From Cirrosporium novae-zelandiae (Eukaryota): a DNA stretch of 64,000 bases. The notes under the pieces are model-generated. The model was not told where the DNA came from. It did no database searches and was given only the letters and a program-made list of their open reading frames with translations. This document shows, piece after piece, positions 38,817 through 52,666 of this stretch. Each line of letters starts with the position of its first letter. Position 1 is the first letter of the stretch. The translations under genes and the position numbers were made by a program. Where the stretch lies: NCBI GenBank assembly GCA_026023565.1, contig JAPETS010000002.1, forward strand, positions 1,364,001 to 1,428,000, written 5' to 3'.

Positions 38817-39356
38817 TCATTGCTCTTGAACATGCCCAGCAGTGGCCACCTGTAGAATCTCTTCTTCAAGTCCCGGAACATGGATACACTCTACCCCTCC
38901 TGTTTCTAATTTTGTTCGTCCCATATTTTCACCTACAAACTTCTCCGGTTCCTTGACACCAATGTACACCTTGATGATCCCTTTTGCTCCATCATTTCTT
39001 GTCTTTAGGATTCGATCTACACAAGGCAAATTCCCGCTTAGTCTTTTCCCACAGGGCTCCATGGTTGTATATATAACTGTTCTATCGGGGAGTATTTTCC
39101 CCACAGCTTCTTCTCCGACATTGTGCGCAGAAGCATATTTCAGTAGACAGCATTGCTCCGCGTGAGTGTTTCCTGGAAGCTCCAATGTGTAGCCTGTGGC
39201 AAGTATATCATTTGTAGTTTCATTGACTAGAACGGCACCGACCCGAAAGTTTGTAGGTTTCGGGGGAGACTTTTGGGCAAGAGATAGGGCTAAGCGCATA
39301 TAATCTTGGGGATTTTGAGGTGGTAGGGGTGGAGATGCTGTGAACTTGGAAGTCAT
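38817..39356 (-). CDS. Stand-alone DRAP deaminase (Rib2 C-terminal-like, riboflavin biosynthesis), cytidine-deaminase fold
   Basis: NFRVGAVLV, GYTLELPGNTHAEQC, YTTMEPCGKRLSGNLPC (HAE...PC-x8-C zinc motif), VYIGVKEPEKFV. Confidence 0.85.
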   Translation of the reverse strand: MTSKFTASPPLPPQNPQDYMRLALSLAQKSPPKPTNFRVGAVLVNETTNDILATGYTLELPGNTHAEQCCLLKYASAHNVGEEAVGKILPDRTVIYTTMEPCGKRLSGNLPCVDRILKTRNDGAKGIIKVYIGVKEPEKFVGENMGRTKLETGGVECIHVPGLEEEILQVATAGHVQEQ

Positions 39357-39515
39357 GATGACTGTGAGCGAAAAGAATAGATAGATAGGTAGGTTCAAGT
39401 AGTGGCCTTTTCTCTATAATTATATAGGTATTTAGGTAATTATGGCTGGAGTGCTTTAAAAGTTTAGTGATAAGCTCTCCAAGCTTATCTTGCGCCCGTG
39501 GTTGGGTTCAATGGC

Positions 39516-39555
39516 TACGCGGGGTCGGTTAAATTAACTGCCGACGCGACGCGTT
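39516..39555. promoter_or_regulatory. Clustered MCB-like elements in the deaminase/DnaJ divergent promoter
   Basis: ACGCGACGCGT at 39544-39554 (contains ACGCGT) and ACGCG at about 39517. Confidence 0.5.
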
Positions 39556-39713
39556 TCACCCCAACAAACTACTTAGGTACTTAGCTTATGAAAATGAACA
39601 CCTACTACTGAGTACATCTCTCACTTATCTTTCACTTTTGCAAAAGCTTCCCGTAAAACTGTAGGCTCTTGTGACTGTCTTATCTTGGCACTTTTAGTAA
39701 TAAATCACGGAAA

Positions 39714-40690
39714 ATGCCTCCCAAAACCACCGACCTCAACGATGAACCTCCCACCTCAATCGATCCATACCAAATCCTTGGCATCGAGTCAACCGCAACT
39801 GCAGATGAGGTGAAAAAGGCCTATCGCAAGCAAGCCCTGAAATACCATCCAGGTTAATACTTGTCCAAATTAACCAACTTATCTTTGTGGCTAACCGATG
39901 ACTAGACAAAGCAAAGACCGAAGATAAAGATGAGGCTCATAAACAATTCCAAAACATCGCTTTTGCCTATGCAATATTATCCGATGAGCGAAGAAGACGT
40001 CGCTATGATACTACGGGAAATACGGCCGAGTCTCTGGATCTCGATGATGATGACTTTAACTGGATTGACTTTTTCCGCGAACAATACTCCAAAGTCGTTA
40101 CCGAAGCGGCTTTGGATAATATGAAAAACAACTACCAGGGCTCGGAGGAGGAGAAGCGAGATCTACTTGCTGCCTTTCAGAAGTACAAGGGCAAACTGAA
40201 TTCTGTGTACCAGCAGATTATGTTTGCAAACCCTCTAGAAGACGAGGATCGACTTCGAGAAATCATTGATCAAGCGATAGAGGATGAGGAAGTCGAAGCA
40301 TATGATGCATATATCAACGAGTCAGAAGCGAGCAAAAAGAGACGAATAAACAAGGCAATGAAGGAAGCAAAGGAAGCTGAAGCCGCACATGAGGAACTCA
40401 AGGAGAAAGGAAAAACCTCCAAAGGCAAAAAGCAAAAGGGTAAAACAGATGATATGGGAGACCTCGCCGCTCTCATTCAGCAAAGGCAGACATCAAGAGA
40501 AAACAACTTCTTCGATCATCTTGAAGCCAAATATGGTGGCAATAAGCGAGCTTCTCCAGATGAACCCCCCGAAGAAGCATTTCAGAAAACTGCTTCACGG
40601 AAAAAAGCACGAAAGAATGTGGATGACTCCCCACCTCCGGTGCAATCGAATGGTACCAAGAGTCGCAGATCCAGGAGGTCAAAGGCATAG
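39714..40690 (+). CDS. DnaJ-domain protein, DNAJC9-like
   Basis: DPYQILGI...[57 protein letters not shown]...[10 protein letters not shown]. Confidence 0.9.
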
Positions 40691-41967
40691 GGATATCTCA
40701 AGTTCAAAGATTAGAGAAAGTGGCCGCATGGGTATCGGCGCACCTTTGTCAAATGTAAGGGATGGATAGGACAATAATCCACAGTCTTCACATATTGGCG
40801 TTATAAGAATAATAGTGCTTAATGGACAGCATCTGGTACGGCAAAGGGATTGTCATGCTGTGATCTAAATGAATACGATAAAGATTACCAGGATAAATAA
40901 CATTAACGAATAGAGAGAGAATTACTCGTACAGGTCAAGCCTTGATCCACATAGCAGTGGAGATGCCGGTGGATATCAGTGGAGATATCAGTGGAGATAA
41001 AGGTTGCAGTAGGAGAGTAAACTTGCAGATCCAAAGACAACAAGAGGAATAGTGGCCGACGGGAGTGTGTTAGTCGTGCTGGGAGTGATCAGATGCAAGA
41101 TTGGATGCATGATGAATTACCACTGCTATTGATATATAGATATTAATAATTCGTGACTACCTAGGTATTTAATTATATAATATGGGCCTTAGTTTCTCGA
41201 GAATGGGGTAGGACAGCTAAGAGACAGCTAAAAAGTACGTTCGGAAGCCAAAAGGATTGTGGCAGTGGCTTTCCGGGCTCCTCAAGCGTTCCATAGTCCC
41301 CCCATAGCCTTTATTTGTCCCTGTTTCTCCACAATCAAATCCTCTATCAAAGTCCAACACCCAACTTTCTTCCCAACTAACCCCACATTACACAACATTA
41401 CCCAAACACATTTCAACTTAGTAGTCTGACAGTGCCCAAGGGTTCTTGAATTCAGTTCCCTAGATCCTGAAACACGACTATTATGACAAATCTCCTGGTA
41501 TCGCCAAGCCCTTTATGACACAGGGATACTCTGTAGCAGTTGTGTGCCCTGTGCACTCCAACCTCCCACCCTTTCACCTTTCACCTTCCGACCTCACCCA
41601 TTCAACATCTTTTTGGCAAAGTCCAAGACACCAAAATCAATCCAATTCTGCTGTTGAGAAAGTGACAGGTTCATCCTTACATTAATCTCATCTAGGATAT
41701 CCCTATTTCCATTACCTACCTATTTACGCCGCTCTTGTCGGAACCACTTAGAATCTCCGTTGTGCTCGCAATTGATCGCCACTGCGCGCAATAAACCCTC
41801 ACGCCTCTATCCGTCCATTCAACCATTTCGACACCTTAACGTCCCTTGCATATCACAAAAACATCGAAAAGTGGATTCGAATAGCTGCTTCGGCGGGTTT
41901 CCGAATATTCTAATCTGCCCAGATCAACGGTGGCAAGGCTATATTTCCCCGCGTCGAATCTACCATA

Positions 41968-44262
41968 ATGGCTGGCTCTCGTGTGCCTCTATCCTTGGAG
42001 GCTCAGATTGAGCTTGAGCGAAAAGAAGTGATGGAACTACTAGAAGGAAGGCAACACCAGCCATCGAACCAACAGCCACCGAGGATCAATAGAACCGCTA
42101 GTCCAGCACCGGTGATAAGAAGCATGCTTGATCTTGACGCACCTGTACCACCTCGGCATGGGTCTATTGCGGGGATCGGTGTCGGGGTAACCACCCCAAG
42201 TCCACTTCATTATGCTCATAGCATGACAGATGGCTATGCCAATGTTACTACTTCAAGCCCGACAGGAAGCTCAGGTCAAAGCCCTTCTTCACCGACCAGC
42301 CCTCCCGAAATGCACCGTTCACCTTTGGTTGCAGAGGGTTGGTCAGTCGGCAAGACTGGAAATATTCAGGAGGATTATAAGTTTAGTATGCTTTCGGCCG
42401 GCCCATCGTCAGTACCAAAGCGTGTGACCCAAGGGGGCAAAAAAGAAAAGCCCTTGCCAAGCTCAATCGCGGCTGCCATGACGGGCGACTACAGCAGTCT
42501 TTCTCTTCAGGCCCCTCAAAACCAGAGAATTATTCGAGAGCAAAGAAGATCCGCATCAAGATCCCCATCACGTTTCAGTCGTTCCAGGTCGCCAACCCCT
42601 ACCAGCTATCTTAATAACAATTCCTACAACCCCATGCGTACTCCTGGCGTCTACGTCTCTGATTCAGGAAAAACAATTAGAATGGAGAACGCATATCGAA
42701 GACTATCGGATGCTGCGCTACTCAAATCCGGTGGTAGTCTGGCGGAACTGGCCTCCAAGAAACATTCCCGAGCCCAAAGCGCTGGCAACGCCTCGCCATC
42801 ACCCGATACAAATACCCGACTTCTCGAGGATGATCTGGAAGGGGGAGAAGATGCGGCCGTCGAGAGCGATGAAGACAACGCAGATGAAGACAGTTCTGGG
42901 GACGATACTGAAAAGCCAGAAGGGTCCAGGGGTAGGAGACGGACCAGGAGGCCTACGGCTCCAACCGATAAAGCATGGGCCGACAAAGTTGATGGCTTAA
43001 AGAAAACCAGGAGCAAAGGTTCTCAGCCTGCGAAAAGTCTCCTGGCCGCAGCTGAGGAAGAGCGTAAGCCCCCTAAACCAGAACGCTGTATGTTGGCTCC
43101 CATTGTGAACAGATATCTAAGTTTTTTCGTTTCTCTACAGGTCTTAGTATATCATCCAAATATAAAGTCAGGTCTCTTCTTGAGCCTGCTTTGACCGTAA
43201 CAGGTCCAGGAGGCGAGAAGACTTTGAACCGTAGATCCGGGGTCCATCCTCTTACTAATTTTGACTATTCGGCATCACCAATGTCTACTCCAGGGAATTC
43301 CGACAATGAAGCAGATCTTCCAGATATCAGACGAGCACAGAAGATGAGTATTCATCTCTCGGATGTTCACACAGAAGTTCCAAATCGGGCGATTCGTACC
43401 ATCATCCGAGGAGATTACAAGAAAATGCAAGACGAGGCAGAGGAAGGAAAGAGGAAGAAACGATCATATTTTATAGCGACGGATTTGAGCGAGGAAGCAA
43501 AATATGCTCTCGAATGGGGCGTAGGCACATTTCTCCGAGATGGGGATGATGTTCTTGCCGTGTATGCCATTGACGAGGAGACCGGGATCGGAAAGACACC
43601 AGCAGACTCGGAAGACAGCCTAGGTGAAGGAGCGCGTGTAATGCAGGAAACGGCTAAAGTGATAGGATCACTCACCGCCGCAACATCCACCGATGGTCCG
43701 GGGAATGCCCCTTCACCTGGTGGTAGCAGTAGTTTTCTTTCGGGATATAGATCGCACAGCACCAAAGGATCCAGCGACTCTCGAGGGTTAAATAAATTTC
43801 ACCAAGAACGACTACGTGCTATCGAAGAGATTACGGATCGTTGTGTCAAGTATCTACGAAAGACTACACTGCAAGTCAGAATTTCCATTGAAGTAATCCA
43901 TTGCAAGAACCCCAAACATCTGATATTGGAGGCGGTAAGATATTCACATGCACCAATATCATGTTTCTTGATGTTGACAATGATTAGATTGATGCAATGT
44001 CACCTACGTTGGTAATAATTGGTTCTCGCGGCCAGGGAACCGTTAAAGGGTCCGTATTATCCTTGGTATATAATTGCAAAATGATGCTAATCATCGTTGC
44101 AGCGTCCTCCTCGGGTCCTTTTCCAATTATCTCGTTACCAAATCTTCTGTTCCTGTCATGGTTGCTCGAAAGAAGCTTAGGAAGCATGCCAAAGCAACCA
44201 ATATCCGACTGTCCAACAATCTAACAAAACCGAGACGTCTATCCTGGGCCAAAGTCGACTGA
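41968..44262 (+). CDS. Universal stress protein (Usp) domain protein with long disordered N-terminus
   Basis: YFIATDLSEEAKYALEWGVGT; IHCKNPKHLILEA|ID; VIIGSRGQGTVKG|VLLGSFSNYLVTKSSVPVMVARK; 3 introns. Confidence 0.9.
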
Positions 44263-45349
44263 TTCCATCATGTATCGCTCCTAGGTAGGAACCATGATTT
44301 ACGATTTTCACCAAAATTGGCAGGAAAGGAATATCTATTGCAAGGAGTTTTGACTTAACTTGGGCTAGGTATACCAGTTTCGGCGTGTAATGGAATTATG
44401 ATGACTGCAATGACAATTTTGATGAAACTGCCGGGAGAGGGCAGTCTGTATTGGAATTCACTGTACTTATTGGTCTGAGAAGAAGCTTGTGAATGAATAA
44501 TTAGATTTATCCTTGTTGCCAGCATTGCCATATGACGCCTTGAATGGACAGATAAGATAAGATAAATCAAGTCCGGGCGTCTTGGTCCAGTATTTACCTC
44601 GGCACTGTACCTAGGTCCTTTGTACGAGAAAATAACAACCTTCTGAAACGCACGTCATCATCTAATTAGTTTTAGCGATAGGGCGTAGGAGAGAATTGCT
44701 TGACTGAAGGATACTTTCACATTATTGAGCTTCGGCTTTTTAATACTAATTAGCCGAATCATCCTGTCCCACTACGTGACCACCTCTTACTTTCTATAAC
44801 GCTTTTTCTTTCCTTTTGATCCCGTTAAAAGAGATAGAGACAAATTCCATAGTTGCCATCGCCCTTGAATGTACTTAAGATTTAATTGCCAATTTTATTC
44901 TTGGGGTCTACCTGCAACCATCAAGGCAAGGGATACAATTTCATGAGACGAAATTCCCAATACCCCCAGGCATTGCAAATACAGATTGAAAACGCGAGGC
45001 CAATAGGGAAACCTCATGCTCATAGTTAATCAGAGGGGCTAAAATCTTTCATTAAAAGTGGGAAAAAGAAACATTTCCGATAATCGATGACCTCAAATTT
45101 TCTGGTGGGTTTAGACGCCTGGTATTATCATCATCTACGGTTACCTGAGTCTTTTAAACCATTGCACCCTATCACCATTCAGACTCATAATAAGTATCTC
45201 ATAGGTGTAAACAGCCTCGTTAGATGTCACATCAAGGGACATGACCCCGCTCCCATCAACCTCGTTTTCACCTCAACAAATGCAACAAAAAATCAACACC
45301 AGCCCGAATCCATCAAGACGTGCATAGTGAATCTTTCGCCGTCTTCAAG

Positions 45350-48300
45350 ATGGAGGTCTTTATTAGTAATGCTCCGTCAAATCTTAACCCGCAGCAACTC
45401 CGAAAGAAGCTTCAACCTCTGCTAGAAAGTCGCGCCATCACTACCTTTTCCTGCTACAAGCAGCTTCGAAAAAACTGGGCCAAACTTACTTTTATAGACT
45501 CCGATGTGCATAAAGCCAATGAATTCTTGGCTCTGCATGGCCAGATTGCACAAAATCGGTTTAGACCTCCCTACCCTCTTAATTTTGGGGAAGCTGGTCA
45601 ACCCCTGAATATCAAGCCTAGCTACCATCCTCCAGATGAATTCCTACTCCGCAATATGAGAGAAGAAGAGGCGAGGAAGTTGAGACCAGAAAACAGGAAG
45701 AAGGTGGAGCGAAAGCGCTCAAAGAAATCAAGTTTCAATATCAGGAGCCTCCATTGCGGTGTTTTGGACTACAATATGTCGGAACCTCAATACATCTCAT
45801 ATTTCCACGACCACCGGCCTGGCCTCATCAAATTCGGAAAATCAGCCCTAAAGGTCCAACTTAATTCAGAACCTCTTGAGTTTTTTGACAATGAGCTTAT
45901 TGCGACCTACGACATGATTAACCAGATCACCATCTCGGGGGGGTCTCTACCTTCAATCACCCTTTTCTTATATAATCCACCAAAGATTTATCGTGTAGCC
46001 GCGCTAGATTCGTCCGGATATGGTGGGAAACTCATGAGAAACAGGGTGCACTCTCTGAGTACTCTACATGATGGACCAGTCTCTACATGCATTGTTTACC
46101 GACTAGTGTTGGAAACATCGTCTGATATTAGGTTTTTGCTGGCTTTGAAGAGCGATGGTTTTCACATTCCAGAACCCTTCTTGTGGACAGTGCCAACCAT
46201 CAAACCTGATGTTAGCTATGATAAAGAGCACCGGGATTTCATGAAGACATTGGAAGATGAGGATTCTATCTTTTCTTGGGAGGTGAAATTTCAACTTCAC
46301 GCCCTCGTTTCGAATGGGATTCTCAGGCCAAACAAGGTGACGTGGCTATCCTCCTATATTGAAGATCTCTATCGTAAGATTGGCTCAGATAGGATGGTGA
46401 ACCTGATTCGAAAATTGGCCAAAAAATGTCCTTGGCCTGCACCTGATGCCGACCCATCATTCTTCAGTCCACACCAGCTGGTAGCTAAGCTTAGACACAT
46501 GGAATCTATGTCTCGGCTAGAAGAAACAGAGCTCTATGGGATTAGACGACTTCAGACAAATTCCGTCAAGATTCACAAAGTAACGGTAACTCCAGCCAGT
46601 ATCTATCTGGAGGGGCCATTATATGAAGGCAAAAACCGAGTATTGCGGCTATATGAAGATAATATTGACTCCTTCCTTCGAATAAATTTCACCGAGGAAG
46701 ATGGAGAGCCTCTTCAATTTGACCGACTTGCCTCTTTAGCATTCATCTTTTACGATGTTTTTGATGGTGTGCTTCGGTATGGGATCAATATTGGCGGTCG
46801 TAGATTTCACTTTCTAGGATTTTCACATTCGTCACTTCGAGCTCAGTCGTGCTGGTTTATGGCCCCTTTTCTTCATGACCACGGGGTAGTGAACCGAAAT
46901 AGACTCATATCCAATCTAGGAGATTTCAGCCAAATGCCTTCTGCAGCGAAATGTGCAGCGAGGATTGGCCAGGCATTTTCAGATACACAAACTTCTATCA
47001 AGATTGATCGAGCTGTCGTGAGTTTCAACCTTCCAGACGTGAAGAAGAATGGACGTGTCTTTAGCGATGGGGTTGGAATAATATCCCAATCCCTACTACG
47101 AACCATGTGGAAAGATGATCGGAAATCTATGAAATGGAAGCCTACTTCTTACCAGATTCGCTATGCAGGTATTACCCACAATTGGTGCTTACGGTCATGG
47201 TAGAGCTTGATATTCTAACTATCGTTTTAGGAGCAAAGGGTATGATATCGCTTGACTCTCGCCTCAAAGGAGATGCTCTAATGCTACGACCATCGATGGT
47301 GAAATTCCGTTCCGAGGCCTCTAACCTTGAGATCTGTGGAGCAGCGGGTGCACCCCTTCTCACATTCTTGAACAGACAGCTAATCAAGATACTAGAAGAT
47401 TTAGGTGTGGCGGAAAAATCATTTCTTCGCCTTCAAAAAGAGGAAGTCGATCGCTTAAAGGTGATTACCAAATATACTGCCTATGCCTCAAGTTTCCTAG
47501 AAAGTACACATGTTGGAATTGCAGCTCGAATGCCTTGGCTTCTTCTTGCTTTGGAGAGAATGGGGCTAGACTATCTCTGCGACCCCTTTTTGCGCCAGGT
47601 TGTACAATTGACTGTCATTGTCAGGCTTCGTGAACTCAAATATAAAGCTCGTATCCCTTTGGGGAACGCTGTTACAATGTATGGTATTATGGATGAGACT
47701 GGCTTCCTTAAAGAAGGGCAGATATACTGCACTCTCTCCGACGGGAATGTACTCTCGGGTCACGTCGTCGTGACGCGTGCACCTTCGGTTCATCCAGGCG
47801 ATGTCCAAGTGGCTGAAGCCGTAGAAGTCCCGGAAGATTCATCATTGAGGGATCTGAAAAACTGTGTTGTGTTTAGCCAACATGGAAGCCGAGATCTTCC
47901 TAGCATGCTTAGCGGTGGAGATTTGGATGGAGATCTCTACTCTGTGATATTCGATGAAGATCTTTTTCCCACGCATACAGTAATGGCTGCCGATTATCCA
48001 AAAGCACCCGAGGTACCCTTGGGTCGACCCGTTGAAGTGGTTGACATTACAACCCACTTCCTTAAATTCATGGAGAACGACCATCTTGGTCGTATTTGCA
48101 ATAATCACCTTGCGCTAGCGGATCAATCCCCTCAGGGAACCAAAGACCTGAGATGCATACTCTTGGCCGAGATGGCATCAACAGCAGTAGATTTTTCCAA
48201 GACCGGAGAGCCTGTCAATATATCAAAAATGCCCAAGATGAGTAGAGTCAGAGCAGACTTTATGGCACCATCCCCCCGTGTCCACGTCTCCAAGAACATT

Positions 48301-49261
48301 GACATTGCTGGTCGGGAAGTTGATGATGGCCCTGATGACGATGACGAGGATTCTAGTTTGACTACCCCAAAATACCGGTATTATGAAAGCCAGAAGGTCC
48401 TAGGGAAATTGTATCGTCAAATCGACGAGAGAGCGTTTTTCGATGAGATGGAAAGCCACATGAAGACTAAAAGTAAGAAGAACGCTAAAACGGATATCCT
48501 ATCTGAAGTCTTTGATTACGTCTTGGATCAGGTTGGTGATTTGGAATGGGAACATCAAATTGATGCCGCAAGGGATATTAAAGAAATGTAAGTCGTAATT
48601 GTCATTGATGGTATTCTTCCTTTTTTCTTTTACTCTTTTCTTTGTCCTCCTCACACCGCCAATATAATAATTACAATCCTCACTCCACTAACCCATATCC
48701 CTCCAATCCAGGTACGAAGAAAATCTCGAATCCCTCCAATACACCTATTCCTTCAGCCCCTGGTCCATCCGCCTCACCGAAGTCGAAGTCTTTATCGGAA
48801 ACATTGTCGACCGGGAGCGCGGCATGACCCCCAAACAACGCGAGACCTCACTCGGCCTGCGCGAAGAATTCGACGTCCTAGTCCGCTATGTCGTCAGTCG
48901 AATGTTGGATTCCGGTGAAAACAAAGACAAGAATGAAGATGCCACCGAAGAGAAAGACAACGAATCCTTGGAGAGAACCGTAGCTTGTCTTTCCGTTGCA
49001 GTCGACGCAGCCAGGTCTCGCTTGGCAAAGGGGAACCGGGATCAGCCTGCTGGTGATCAGGATCAAGATCAAGATCAGGGAGACCTAGTTAGCTGGGGTT
49101 GGATCGCAGCGGCGGTATGTCTCAGCGAAGTCGAGAAATGGAAAAGGGCCGCTGCCAGGGAGGCTGGGGTTGGGTCTGCGTATGATGATGCGGATGATCT
49201 CTTTTCTGAGGATGGATGGAATGGGGTTACGCTTGGTGGTGGGGCTAAGGGTTGGTATTGA
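45350..49261 (+). CDS. Cellular RNA-dependent RNA polymerase (RNA silencing; tentatively SAD-1/RRP-3 type, with RRM-like N-terminus)
   Basis: NRVLR, FLGFSHSSLR, AKCAARIGQAFS, FSDGVG, QIRYAG|AKG, LSGGDLDGD catalytic motif, AVDFSKTG; introns 47169-47231 and 48588-48711. Confidence 0.95.
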
Positions 49262-51132
49262 GCTGATGTTGCTTGAGGGGGTTCTTTTCTTTTCGGGTTA
49301 TGTTTCGTTATGTTCTTTTCTTCCTTTTATTCTATTTTCGTTTATGAAAACGAGTAGTTGAAACTGACTCGATGGATGATGAGCTTACGAGATGATATGA
49401 AATGACGATATTATGCGATGATGCAATGAATTTTAGTTGGGTTACTATAAATCCAAATCCAACAGAAGATAAAAAGATAGAAAAGCAAAAAAAAAATAAA
49501 AATAGTTTTGTTGAAATAAAAATGTGTAAATGGTGGATACAGTATAGTATTATTGTATTATCGTATTGTAGATGAATAAATTAAAAGCGGTGTCAGCTTG
49601 CTTCCCCCCCTCCCCTCTTTCTCTCTCTCTCTCACTTTTAACAATGAATAAAGAAAATACACGTTTATAAAAATATATATCTATTTGAATTGTAATATTT
49701 GTCAAAATGCTTGATCAAGAACTTATTTCCCTACTTCCTATACATACCCCTTCCCTTGCCTTTTTCAATCAATCGATTAATCAATCACTCAACACACAGG
49801 GTCCATAAATATATATATATATATTATTCTTTACTTCTCTACTTCTCTACTTCTTCTTTACATCTACTGTAAAAATAAAAGTAATTACCTATTCTAGGGT
49901 ACTTATGTAATTAATTAATTCCTACCACAAGTATACGGGATATCCCTCCCTAGTCGACAGAGAATATTCTAGTTCTAGTCTAGTCTGGACTAATTACTTC
50001 CTTACTTACTATAATTAAATATTTCTCCCTTTTTTTTTTTTTGTCGTTTGTTTTTATTATGTACATGTTACATGTTACATGTACCTAATGAAGTAGAGAG
50101 AGAGAGAGAGAGAGAAAGAGATCCCCCCTTAGGAAACTCTTAGGAAATTTCTAGGAAATAAAAACCCCTTTGAGTAAAAAGACCTTGGCTTGGCTTGGGT
50201 CTTGGCTTGGGGGCTTGGAGTCTTGGAGTCTTTAACTGTAATTATATCAAGCCTTTGAATAGCCTTGGAACTTAATTAAGAGGTGATAATGTTAGTGTAG
50301 GTTAGGTTAGGTTGGATGGATAGGTAGATATAGATATGGATATGGATAGATATATCTGGTTAGTTAGTTAGGGATTTGGTAATCTAATTAATACCTTTCT
50401 CGTTCCCTTTTCTTATTCGCTATCCCTTCTTCCTCCCCCAGTTCCCAATTCCTGGATGCATGCGTGTGGTATTCGTTTTTTTTTTTGGGTATAGTATAGT
50501 ATGGTATAATTATATAGATAGGACATGGATGAATGGATGATGATGAGGAGGAAGATATATATACACAGACATAGATACAGACACACAGACATAGAATATA
50601 GAACATCACATATGCGGGCCTTTAGGCAACGTCATACAATACCACCATACCACCATATACCACATCACATGATATGGTGTTTTAAATCACATCAATCCAA
50701 TCCAATTACTTAGTACACACACCACACCCCACACACACCTAGCGCCCCCCGCCCCCGCCCGCCTGACTAGTACATACTTAGTAGTAGTAGTAGTACGACC
50801 CACCAACCAACGCGCCAAGCAACCCCTCATTCAATCAATCAATTCATTCATCCATCAAGCCGCTTCCAATGTTCCCTCTCATGCAACTGCGACTGCAGCC
50901 TCGACGCCGCATCACCGACCTGTTTCCTCTCGCTGACTTCTCTCCCGCCCCAATATCCCTTCTGCTGTTGTTTTTGTTGTTCTTGTTGTTCTCGTTCTGA
51001 GTTTGAAAGTAGCTGTGAGTGTGGATGGTGGAGCATTGTTACTCCTCCGTGTTGGTGTTGTTGGCCCTGGACACCCGCGCTGGATGGCTGGGCTTGGGGG
51101 GTTCCCTTTCGGGGGCGCAGGACCGCTAATTG

Positions 51133-52666
51133 TTATTGTAGAGGCTCCGAGGAGGAGGAGAGCCGGTTTAAGTGGAGGTATACGTCTGTTCCGTAGCTGT
51201 GGGCGGAGGGGTGTTAGTTGTTGTCGGTTTGCTTTGGCCAAGCTTTGTGAAGAATGGGGAGGAGAGAAGGTGCTTACCCTTCCATACTAATTAGCTTCAG
51301 GTCCCCACCAAAATACCTCGCATAAAGTCTGCTTATCGGCAGTCCATATCCAAAACCGGCCATGGGCGCTTTGAAATCGCTCTTATCGAAATCCGGCTCT
51401 AGGTTCGGTGTCGCCTCCACTGTCGTGTACATGTACGTCCACACTAGCGGAATCGCGCTTCTGGGAATGCCTCCTCCTTCATCCGAGATTTTTATCGTAA
51501 TGTCCTCTTTACCTTCTGCTACAATCACTTTCGTGACCGGAAAAGGCTTTTTGGAGTGTCCATGGGTTTCGACAACCGCACGCAGGGAGTTTTTTAAAGT
51601 TTCGAAAAGCATGTGAGACAGATGTCCGGGTACATACATGAAGTTAATGTCGGGGTTACACACGAGCTGTACCTTGGGAGCTTCGAAAAGACCATAATGG
51701 TCTTCGCAGACATAGCGGGCGTTATCTATGGCTTCTTCAGCCAGTTCGCGCACGTTGGTCTTTGTGCAAATTATCCCCACGTAATCTGGATGGTTTTGGG
51801 TGTTTTGGTCCGTCAGAGCCACGTGCTGACCTATTAACATTCGGATTCCGATACGGGACATGTAAAAGCGGTCGAGGAAGGATTGGATGTGCGAGTCGAT
51901 CTGCATGCGTTGCCGCCGGCGTTTCCATTCGATTATGCCTTGTGCTACCGTGGTGACGACGGCATCATGCCTCCGCTTCACAGTATTCAGACACTTGGCG
52001 AATCGTCGGTTGTATTCGGCGAGTTCCGGAGGCCATTCCATACCATCATCTGCGGCAACGTAGTATCTTCTCGCGGCGTAGGTACGAGTATGGTTATTTC
52101 CGTTCCCATTCTCGGAAGACGGACCGAATTCAGGTGTAGAACGGTATTGACCGGGTTCGATGGAGGGGTTCGGTGTAGTTTGAGAGATGGCACGGGAGTG
52201 ACCATTCTTTTTGGGAGCCTTTAGAAGCCGTTGGCGAACTTCGCTGGAGAGGGTGGGGCGGGGGAGAGAAGTTATATCCTAGTTTGGGACTCTGAGTCAG
52301 CATCTTTGGGAGGAAAACGGAGTGGGATAGGGTGGAAAGACGTACTTCAAACGAGGCAGCATACCAATCTCGTACTCTTTCTATTGATGGCATTTCCCCG
52401 AGGCCATCAGGTAGATGACATAGCTCCTGTACCCTATGTGCAAGCCGTATAGGCAGTTCTTCGGAGAGGAATTGTGAGGCTCGAAATAAAGTCCCTACCA
52501 AGGGCCAGTCAGCTTTGTCTCTTGTTAAAGCTTCATTTCCAGAGAAGATACCTGATGATGGCTTTTCGCCAAATTGTACCATCTGCCTGAGACTAACACC
52601 GGTGGCAGGGAAATCGGAGTAGTGCTTGATGGTTTTCATCAGCGCGTCCGTCCGTTTCCAGGACAT
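51133..52666 (-). CDS. Mitochondrial pyruvate dehydrogenase kinase
   Basis: GVSLRQMVQFG, ELPIRLAHRV, FLDRFYMSRIGIRML, FETLKNSLRA, ISDEGGGIP, AGFGYGLPISRLYARYFGG; last exon YGTDVYLHLNRLSSSSEPLQ* (TAA 51133-35). Confidence 0.95.

Noticed and set aside
38817..39356. Idea that the neighbouring zinc deaminase causes the G-to-A changes or editing in the adjacent gene
   Set aside because: Its motifs match the housekeeping Rib2-type riboflavin deaminase. Adjacency alone is no evidence, and fungal mRNA A-to-I editing is attributed to the Tad2/Tad3 complex.
50848..51290. Small ORFs downstream of PDK
   Set aside because: They overlap the last PDK intron and exon and its low-complexity 3'UTR; the true frame ends at 51133.
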